Source of the DNA: an uncultured virus (IMG/VR IMGVR_UViG_3300009168_000001)
Lineage: Duplodnaviria; Heunggongvirae; Uroviricota; Caudoviricetes
DNA length: 25,317 nt
Virus record (IMG/VR): IMGVR_UViG_3300009168_000001
Direction: 5' to 3' (one strand)
The notes below the pieces were generated by a model. It ran no database searches and had not been told where the DNA came from. It saw nothing but the letters and a program-made list of their open reading frames with translations. Of the stretch, positions 16,340 through 23,511 are shown one piece after another (the first letter of the stretch is position 1; the number at the start of each line of letters is the position of its first letter). A program made the translations under genes and the position numbers.

Positions 16340-18100
16340 ATGGCTGACCCAGTATTCGGCATTAGCATCCGAAAAGTTGACGAAGGCGCGCGTCCGGTAT
16401 TGGCCGCCGATCTTTCTACCATCGGCATCGTCGGACCTGCGCCGCTCGCCGATGCATCGATCTTCCCGCTCGACACTCCGGTGTTCATCAACTCGAACGA
16501 TCAGAGCAAGACGCGCAAGCTTGGCGATCTCGGCTATCTCTCCGACGCCGTGCGCGGCATCAACGATCAGTTGGGCGAGACGCAGTTCGCCGCGCGCATC
16601 GTCATCGTGCGAACGGCGGAAGGCACCGATCCCGATCCGGCGATCAAGTTGCAACAGACGATCTCCAAGATCGCTGGCGACAGTCTCAATGGCACCGGGA
16701 TGTGGGCGTTCCTGAAGTCGGCGCAGAGACTCGGCTTCACGCCACGCATCCTGACCGCGCCCGGCTACACTTCGCAGATGGCCAACGGTGTCGGTGCCAT
16801 TGAACGCACCGCGCCCGGCGTAGGCTACGTCACCGACCATCTGTATCCGGTGGAATTTTCCGGCGGTGGACCGGAAGCCGTGCAGGCGACTGGCCACGCG
16901 TTCGGTCTTTCCAACGGCCAGCTTGGTCCCATCGAGCTCGAACTGCCCGGCGCGTGGTACGACACGGCTCCGACCATCGCGGTGCCGCCACCCGGCTTCC
17001 ACGTGACGGCTGCCACTGTCGCAACCGGCGGCATCGGTTACGGCGTCGGCGAGCAACTGATCCTGCCCAATCAGGTGGTGCTGTTGGTGGCCACGGTGGA
17101 TGTCGGCGGCGCGGTGTTGACGACGACGATCTCGAACGCCGGCTTCCTCGTTGGCACCGAGGAGCCAGCGGATACGCCGCAGGATGTGGCCGCGTCCTCG
17201 GGCTCGGGCACGGGTGCGACGTTCGAACTGACGTGGGCCGCGACCGGTACGCTCGCCACCTATACCGCAACGATTGTCGCTGGAGCCAATCCGGTTGTCG
17301 CTGGAGCCACATCAATCTGCAACCAGTTGCTTGGCATGATGATCGTGGAGAGCGCAGGCTCTTCGATGCAGAACGATCTCGACTGGCGTGAGACCATGCA
17401 GAGCCATCGATTGATCCCGATCTCCGGCGGCTGCCGCGTGATGGACCCGGTGACGTCCTACATCGTGATCCGGCCCTTGGCCCCGCGCATGGCCGGCATC
17501 ATGGTGCGACGCGACCACGAGACTGGCGCGCCGTTCCACAGCGCGGCGAACCAAGCGGTGCAGGGCATCATCTCGCCAAACCGCGAGATCGGTTTCAACC
17601 TCACCGACTCGGCCAACGAGGCGCAGGAGTTGCTCGGTGCAAATGTCGGCGTGCTGATCCGTGGTGAGGTCGGCGACGACTTCGCGATTGCCTCGGGCGG
17701 CTTCGTGCTGATCTCGACCGACAACGCAGGCGAGGACCCGATCTGGCAAATGTACAATGTCATGCGCGGGCGGGACTTCATCCACCTCGGCATGCTGCGT
17801 GCGCTGCGGTTCTTCCTCGGTCGCTACAACATCATCGGCCACACGGTGCAGGCGATCCTCAACACCATGCAGTTCTTCCTTCGCGACCTGCATGCCGATC
17901 AGCACATCCTCGGCTATCAGGTCAACTTCAGGACCGAGGGTAACTCACCCGAACAGATCAGGCTCGGGCATCTGACGGTGGGCTTCCAAGCGGAAGAGCC
18001 GCCCGTGCTGAAGCACATCACCATCGAGTCCTCGCGCTACCGTGAGGCCATCGATGCCATGGTTGGCGATCTCGCCACGCAACTGAACCTCTCGTCGTAA
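16340..18100 (+). CDS. gpFI: Contractile tail sheath protein (P2 gpFI-like) with inserted beta domains
   Basis: IGIVGPAP.AD...FPLDTPV, TG.WA...A...LG.TPRIL.APG, AG...R.D...G.PF.S..NQ...GI and L...F..EEPP motifs; strong SD. Confidence 0.95.
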   Translation: MADPVFGISIRKVDEGARPVLAADLSTIGIVGPAPLADASIFPLDTPVFINSNDQSKTRKLGDLGYLSDAVRGINDQLGETQFAARIVIVRTAEGTDPDPAIKLQQTISKIAGDSLNGTGMWAFLKSAQRLGFTPRILTAPGYTSQMANGVGAIERTAPGVGYVTDHLYPVEFSGGGPEAVQATGHAFGLSNGQLGPIELELPGAWYDTAPTIAVPPPGFHVTAATVATGGIGYGVGEQLILPNQVVLLVATVDVGGAVLTTTISNAGFLVGTEEPADTPQDVAASSGSGTGATFELTWAATGTLATYTATIVAGANPVVAGATSICNQLLGMMIVESAGSSMQNDLDWRETMQSHRLIPISGGCRVMDPVTSYIVIRPLAPRMAGIMVRRDHETGAPFHSAANQAVQGIISPNREIGFNLTDSANEAQELLGANVGVLIRGEVGDDFAIASGGFVLISTDNAGEDPIWQMYNVMRGRDFIHLGMLRALRFFLGRYNIIGHTVQAILNTMQFFLRDLHADQHILGYQVNFRTEGNSPEQIRLGHLTVGFQAEEPPVLKHITIESSRYREAIDAMVGDLATQLNLSS

Positions 18101-18107
18101 TCCAGCT

Positions 18108-18190
18108 TGGTGGGTGGTCCGAACTGACGGGCCTCAAACTGTCGGGACGACTGCAAGCGTCCGCTCACCATTTCTCTTTTCGAAAAAGGA
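18108..18190 (+). promoter_or_regulatory. Structured intergenic leader of the tail tube gene
   Basis: TGGTGGGTGG (18108-17) pairs with CCGCTCACCA (18161-70) as 10 bp with 2 G-U. It is followed by a T-rich tract and a CTTTT-CGA-AAAAG hairpin overlapping the AAGGA SD. Confidence 0.5.
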
Positions 18191-18198
18191 ACAACCAT

Positions 18199-18834
18199 AT
18201 GGCTAACGCAACGATCTACGTGATGGAGAGCGCGAACCTGATTTGCGGTGACACGCGCAGCACGGTCCCGGGCGGCATGAGTGCGCCCGGCATCTCGACG
18301 CATCTGGTGTTGCAGGAGTTGAAACTGCCGGCGATGGAAGAGAACTATGTCGACCACGCGCCCGGTGGTGCACCGATTGCAATCGAAATCCCGACGCATC
18401 AGAACAAGTTGGAAGCGACGTTCAACCTTGCCGGTTGGGACCCGTCGCTGATGAGCTACATCGGCCAGAACGATCCGTACTATCAGCGGTTCACGGCCTA
18501 CGGCCTGATCAGGGATCGCAGGACCAGTCGCGCGCTTTCGGCAACGGCGGTGATCGAGGGTCGGCTCGGTCGCGTCAACCCGACCGCGTTCTCGAAGGGC
18601 AACCTGATGGCCCATGAGTACTCGATCAAGTCCATCGTGCATTACCAACTCACGATGCAGTTGACGCCGAACGGCCAGCGCCCGTTTGAAATCTACTTCT
18701 GGGACTTCTTCACCTCGGTGCGGCGCGTCGGCGGCAAGGACCTGAACGAGGACATGATCAGGATTCTGCGCATCCCGGGCAACGCGGTCGACATCGGCAC
18801 CGGCTCGCCGATCTCGCCGATTGACATCGCATGA
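18199..18834 (+). CDS. gpFII: Major tail tube protein (P2 gpFII-like)
   Basis: ANL.C......LQELKLP.M.....DH.PGG...IE.....KLE.TF.L.G.D...EGRLG.V.P..F.KG.....EY.I..I.HY.L...EIY.WD motifs; follows the sheath. Confidence 0.92.
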   Translation: MANATIYVMESANLICGDTRSTVPGGMSAPGISTHLVLQELKLPAMEENYVDHAPGGAPIAIEIPTHQNKLEATFNLAGWDPSLMSYIGQNDPYYQRFTAYGLIRDRRTSRALSATAVIEGRLGRVNPTAFSKGNLMAHEYSIKSIVHYQLTMQLTPNGQRPFEIYFWDFFTSVRRVGGKDLNEDMIRILRIPGNAVDIGTGSPISPIDIA

Positions 18835-18992
18835 CGGTCGAGCAACTGGTCGCCGAACTGACGAGGCACGACCAGAAGAAACGCGTAGTGGTCGCTGACA
18901 CCGATGGTGCCGGCGGCCACGAGGACATTGAGTTTGTCGATCAACGCGTCGATAAGGGTGAGAACGTCATCACCATCTGGATTCACAAATGA
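18831..18992 (+). CDS. Small hypothetical protein, 53 aa (not in the ORF track)
   Basis: MTVEQLVAELTRHDQKKRVVVADTDGAGGHEDIEFVDQRVDKGENVITIWIHK. It has ATGA overlaps with both the tube stop and the chaperone start, exactly filling the gap. Confidence 0.75.
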   Translation: MTVEQLVAELTRHDQKKRVVVADTDGAGGHEDIEFVDQRVDKGENVITIWIHK

Positions 18993-19414
18993 TCACGCTC
19001 GATAAGACCGGCGGACGGACCATCCAACTCTTCATTCCGTTCGAGTTCAACAAGAAGAAGATCGAGAGCATCACGCTTGCACCGCTGCGGCTCGGTCACG
19101 TGCTGCGATGGAATGAAGGCGCATGGAAGACCATGATCGAGTTGCTGGTTGAGTTGGCCGGTGTCGATGAGGCCGTGATCCGCGAGCTCCGCTATCCGGA
19201 CGCCGACCGGGTGCTCGACAACTTCATGCAGATGATGACGCCTGAGATACGCAGCAACATCATCGAGGGCCAAATCCCGCTGAAGGTGGATGACGCCAAC
19301 GAGGCAGCGCCACGCGTGACCAATGGCAGTGGCGGTGAGATCGATCCGGTCATGATGCAGGGACCGGGTGCGCCATTGCCGGAAGCCGGCTTCGACATGA
19401 GCGAAGAACCGTGA
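18989..19414 (+). CDS. Tail assembly chaperone (P2 gpE / Mu gp41-like)
   Basis: L..PFEFN...I.SITL.P.R.G......L..LAGVD...I.EL.YPD.DRV pattern; lies between tube and tape measure. Confidence 0.75.
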   Translation: MITLDKTGGRTIQLFIPFEFNKKKIESITLAPLRLGHVLRWNEGAWKTMIELLVELAGVDEAVIRELRYPDADRVLDNFMQMMTPEIRSNIIEGQIPLKVDDANEAAPRVTNGSGGEIDPVMMQGPGAPLPEAGFDMSEEP

Positions 19415-19421
19415 GGGTCTG

Positions 19422-22400
19422 ATGGTTGATCCCGTCAAGGTAACGCTAACTGGTGAAGATAAGACGGCAGCGGCGTTCTCGTCGGCGACGAAGAACGCGC
19501 AGGCCTTGACCAAGGAATTGGAGAAGCAAGCCGGCGTCAATGAGAGCATGGCACGCGCGTTGCAGAAGCGCGCCAAGGATACCAACAGGTCCTACGACGA
19601 CATGCTGCGGTGGTCGATTGCGGCGCAGAAACAGAACGAGGATTACTGGAGGACACACAGGGCTGGATCACAGCAAGTCGTCAGCGACAACCAGAGACAA
19701 GCGACCGCGATCAAGGGCGTAGGAGCCGAACTGGTCAGCATGGCCAAGGGTTATCTTACGGTTACCGGGGCTATCGAAGCGGCGCGACGTTCGTTCCTCG
19801 GCTTTGCCGAGACCGAAAAGAAGATGCTGTTGTTGCAGAACCAGACCAAGGCAACGAGCGCCGAGATCAAGAAGTTCGAAGTACAGATCAAGCAAACCAG
19901 TCAGGACACCGCGACAGACTTTGATGAGAGTCTTGCCGCCGCCAACAGGCTGCGGACCGGTTTGAACATCACGATGGAGGAAGCGGTCAGGAGGTTGCCG
20001 AGACTGAACATCGTGGCGCAGGGCATGGGCGTCGGTGTCGAGCAATTGGCCAAACTCACGACCGGCATGATGCGCAACCTGAACATTCCAGCCAACCAGT
20101 TCGGTCAGGCGCTGGAGATTATTTCGGCAAGCGCACGTGATGCCAATGTCGATGTCAAAGACTTGGTACAGAACGGCACCGAGGTTGCCGAGGTCGCGAA
20201 GCAAATCGGTTATCACGGCCTCAATGGTCTCGCGCGCGTGCAGACGCTGATCGGTGTCGCCACTAACATCACGGATGATACTTCCAAGGCTGCGCGGCTG
20301 GTGCAACAAACTTTGCAGAGCCTTGAATCCGAAAGCATGGGCGCGGCGTTCGGGCGCACGCCCGGTGTCTGGAAGAAAGAACTAGACGACGTCAAAGCGA
20401 AGGAGGGTGACGTCAGCGGCTACGTGGTCGGCCTGTTGAAGAACCGGCGCGATCAGAAGTCGATCACCGACAAGATGGACGTCAAGCAACGGTTGTTCAT
20501 CAACAAGCTGATCGAGGACGACAACGGCAAGATCGGCCAGACGATCAAGCTATTGAAGGATCAGGCGAACGGGACGCAAGCGATCAAGGATGGCATGAAC
20601 GTACTCGCCGGATCGTCCAGCGGCGTTGATGCGATGAAGGTCTCCATTAAAGGTCTGGCCGATGAATTCGGCAACTTGCTGGCGCAACTCGGCGTGCCGC
20701 AGGTCATCATCATCTTTACCGAGAAACTGCGAGCCCTCGGCGACTCCATCAAATACGTTGCCGAGTGGATCGCCTACGCAAAGGGCGAAGGACCACGCCC
20801 GGAGATCAACATCATCGGGCCGCACGGCCTGACGATGCCGACGCCGAAGTCGGTTGGCGAAGGCATGATGGGGAAGCACGAGCTCGAAGTCGGTAAGAAG
20901 CGACTCGAAGAGACGCTCAAGAACGAGAACGTGCCGCCGCCTGCACCTGCACGACCTGCCTATGGACCGGGTTCGACGGCACCTCGCACGGGACCCGGCG
21001 CTCCTCTCGGGACCGCTCCCGGCGCTCCCGGGACTCCGGGCTATCAGCCATCATCGTATCAGGGCGGTTACCGTGGCTACGGCGGCGCGGCTGACTCGGC
21101 TTACATACCGGCGGACTTCCGCAGTGCTGCCGGCGGCGGCTTGCTGCATCGCGCATCGCTCGGCGGTGGTGGTGGTGGTGGTGGCGGTGGTGGCAGCCAG
21201 TACTCGCCAGCGGGGCCGGGTATGACGGGCACCGGCTACGGCGGCGGTGGCGGCGCGATGCTTCCAGCGGCACCGGGCGGTGGTGGCGGCGGCCAGCCCG
21301 GCACACCGGGCGTTGGTGCCGCGCGTGGCCGGGTTGGCAAAGGCGGCGATCCACGCGGTATGGAGGAGCATATCCGCGCGACCGCCGTGAAGTACGGCAT
21401 TGACCCCGACACCGCCGTCGCGGTTGCGAAGTCGGAAGGCCTCTCGACATTCCAGTCGTCGGTCAAGCGCGGCGGCAAGGGCAGCTATCAGGGACGCGAG
21501 GATAGTTGGGGCGCGTTCCAGCTTTACATGGGCGGCGGGCTCGGCAACCAATTCCAGAAAGAGACCGGCCTCGATCCGCGCGATCCCGCCAACGAGAAGG
21601 CCGGCATCGACTTCGCGCTCAAGCATGCGTCGAAGAAGGGCTGGGGCTCGTGGTACGGCGCGCGCAACACCGGCATCGGCAACTTCGCCGGCATCGGCGG
21701 CAATGCCGGCGTCGGTTCGGAGCGCGGCAGGGTGGCGCGCGCACCAGCGGAGACGTCAGTGGACACCGTCGCGCGCGGCGAGCGCGTGGCCCGTCCCGGC
21801 GAAGGCGGTGGCGACCGCGTGCAGGCTGGTCGTGATCTTCGTGGCACCGATCCGCGCCTCACCGAGATCGTCGGTGCGGCGGCGCGCGGTCTGCCGCCCG
21901 GCTACACGGTGGCACCGACATCGGGCCGGCGCACGGCAGGACAGGGACAGCACACGCACGGCCTCGCGCAGGACTGGCAGATCATCGATCCCAGCGGCAA
22001 GCCGGTGCCCAACCGTGGTGACGACAAGAGCGGGCTGTACACCACGCTGGCGCGCAACGCGTATGGCTATCAGGAAAAGTACCATCCGCAGATGACCGGG
22101 AAATTCCAGTGGGGCGGACAGTTCGGCACCTCGGCGCGGAATCCTGACGAGCCCGACCTGATGCACTTCGACTTCGGCGGACGTCGTGGCCGCATCGGTC
22201 GCTACTCGCGCGAGGCCATCGGCTCGGCATTGCCGCCGCCAGCGGACGCACCGCCATCCGCCGTTGCAGCCGACGAACCGAAGGGCGAGGGCGCGATACA
22301 ACAGCGTGAGCGCGAGGGATCGCGCGAGGAACAGATCAACGTCAAGATGAGGGTGAACGACAACGACATGCAATTCGCCCGCTCATCGATGCGCACGCAG

Positions 22401-22460
22401 GCTGACCGCGAGGTGCGCGAGGCGCGTTGGAATTCATATAGTGACATCGGCGCAGCCTGA
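19422..22460 (+). CDS. Tape measure protein with C-terminal lysozyme/SLT-like and M15 peptidase-like domains
   Basis: Helical Ala/Lys/Gln-rich N-terminal ~480 aa, then a Gly/Pro linker. KYGIDPDTAVAVAKSEG...SWGAFQL is lysozyme-like; TSGRR...HTHGLAQD...WGGQF...DLMHFD is a LAS/M15 motif set. Confidence 0.9.
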   Translation: MVDPVKVTLTGEDKTAAAFSSATKNAQALTKELEKQAGVNESMARALQKRAKDTNRSYDDMLRWSIAAQKQNEDYWRTHRAGSQQVVSDNQRQATAIKGVGAELVSMAKGYLTVTGAIEAARRSFLGFAETEKKMLLLQNQTKATSAEIKKFEVQIKQTSQDTATDFDESLAAANRLRTGLNITMEEAVRRLPRLNIVAQGMGVGVEQLAKLTTGMMRNLNIPANQFGQALEIISASARDANVDVKDLVQNGTEVAEVAKQIGYHGLNGLARVQTLIGVATNITDDTSKAARLVQQTLQSLESESMGAAFGRTPGVWKKELDDVKAKEGDVSGYVVGLLKNRRDQKSITDKMDVKQRLFINKLIEDDNGKIGQTIKLLKDQANGTQAIKDGMNVLAGSSSGVDAMKVSIKGLADEFGNLLAQLGVPQVIIIFTEKLRALGDSIKYVAEWIAYAKGEGPRPEINIIGPHGLTMPTPKSVGEGMMGKHELEVGKKRLEETLKNENVPPPAPARPAYGPGSTAPRTGPGAPLGTAPGAPGTPGYQPSSYQGGYRGYGGAADSAYIPADFRSAAGGGLLHRASLGGGGGGGGGGGSQYSPAGPGMTGTGYGGGGGAMLPAAPGGGGGGQPGTPGVGAARGRVGKGGDPRGMEEHIRATAVKYGIDPDTAVAVAKSEGLSTFQSSVKRGGKGSYQGREDSWGAFQLYMGGGLGNQFQKETGLDPRDPANEKAGIDFALKHASKKGWGSWYGARNTGIGNFAGIGGNAGVGSERGRVARAPAETSVDTVARGERVARPGEGGGDRVQAGRDLRGTDPRLTEIVGAAARGLPPGYTVAPTSGRRTAGQGQHTHGLAQDWQIIDPSGKPVPNRGDDKSGLYTTLARNAYGYQEKYHPQMTGKFQWGGQFGTSARNPDEPDLMHFDFGGRRGRIGRYSREAIGSALPPPADAPPSAVAADEPKGEGAIQQREREGSREEQINVKMRVNDNDMQFARSSMRTQADREVREARWNSYSDIGAA
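21162..21194 (+). repeat. (GGY)11 trinucleotide repeat encoding poly-Gly in the TMP linker
   Basis: GGC(GGT)6GGC(GGT)2GGC read directly. Confidence 0.9.
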
Positions 22461-22656
22461 CTGGGTCGTCACCTACACGATAGAGTTCGCCAACAGCGAC
22501 ATCATGGTCACCGAATTCTTTCGTGGTTGCCATGCTGAGTGCCTGCGCATCCGCGCGCAGAGCGGCGGCGGCGAACACGACATGCAGGTGACCAAGCGAC
22601 CGTGGAAGCCGATCATCGGGCCGGCTCACGAGTGGGATGATTTCTTGAGGAGTTGA
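22441..22656 (+). CDS. Small hypothetical protein (71 aa; start uncertain)
   Basis: Fills the gap between TMP and gpU. The GTG start overlaps the TMP end and its SD is weak. Confidence 0.55.
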   Translation: MTSAQPDWVVTYTIEFANSDIMVTEFFRGCHAECLRIRAQSGGGEHDMQVTKRPWKPIIGPAHEWDDFLRS

Positions 22657-22660
22657 TCGC

Positions 22661-23218
22661 ATGGCCAACTGGGTGATGTTTCAATGGGGACCTATTCAGT
22701 TTCAGGTCTTTCCGATGAACGTCGACAACTACGCGCACCACACGGGCGCGGACTGGGCCAAGAAGGAGATCGCGGGTGCCGCGATGTACCGGGAATGGGT
22801 CGGTGAGGCCGACGAGTCGATCACGCTGAAGGGCAAAGTCTTTCCGCACTTCTTCGCCCGCAAGTCACGAGCACGAGGCCTCGGGCAACAGACGGACGGG
22901 CCGAAGGCGACGCGCGATCCCGAGACCCAGTTGGTGCAGGAGCACGTTGGCAAGGAGCAATCTGCCGGCGGGCTCTATCATCTCGACGTGCTCGACAACA
23001 TGCGCCGGCTCGGTCAGGCGCACATTCTGATGCGTGGCGACGGCTGGCATTATGGCTGGTACATCATCGAGACGCTGCATCGCGGTCACACGTTTCTGGC
23101 TCAGGATGGCATCGGCCAACAGATCGAGTTCGAGGCCGCATTTCAGCGCGTGCCGATTCCCAATGATGCGGCATCCAACACCGTGCAGATGTACAATTCG
23201 GGAGCGATCACCGCATGA
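22661..23218 (+). CDS. gpU: Tail tube initiator, P2 gpU-like
   Basis: F..GP.QF...P.......GA.WA...I.G....E.VG...E.ITL.G...P...GG...L..L..M...G....L.RGDG...GW.II...DG.G..IEF motifs; SD GAGGAG. Confidence 0.88.
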   Translation: MANWVMFQWGPIQFQVFPMNVDNYAHHTGADWAKKEIAGAAMYREWVGEADESITLKGKVFPHFFARKSRARGLGQQTDGPKATRDPETQLVQEHVGKEQSAGGLYHLDVLDNMRRLGQAHILMRGDGWHYGWYIIETLHRGHTFLAQDGIGQQIEFEAAFQRVPIPNDAASNTVQMYNSGAITA

Positions 23219-23511
23219 CCGTTGTCTCCTATGATCTCGTGACGGTCGGCTCGGACTACATCACCGCCGACATCATCCTGTGGCGCAGGTATCGCAACCG
23301 CGCGCCGCTGATGATCGAGCGCTTGCTGGATGACAATCCACACCTCGCGAAGTGTCACCGCTACTCGCCGTTTCTCCCCGTGGGCACGCAGCTACGCATC
23401 CCGATTGATTACGACGTCCTGAGCGGATCGCCGCAACGCAAGAACACCGTCGTGCTATGGGGCAAGACGCCGGAGGGCAACATGACGCAAGGAGCGGCAG
23501 AGAATGGTTGA
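23215..23511 (+). CDS. gpX: Tail protein X (LysM-like fold)
   Basis: T.D.I.WRRY.......E..LD.NP.LA......LP.GT...IP...V.LWG motif. Confidence 0.9.
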   Translation: MTVVSYDLVTVGSDYITADIILWRRYRNRAPLMIERLLDDNPHLAKCHRYSPFLPVGTQLRIPIDYDVLSGSPQRKNTVVLWGKTPEGNMTQGAAENG

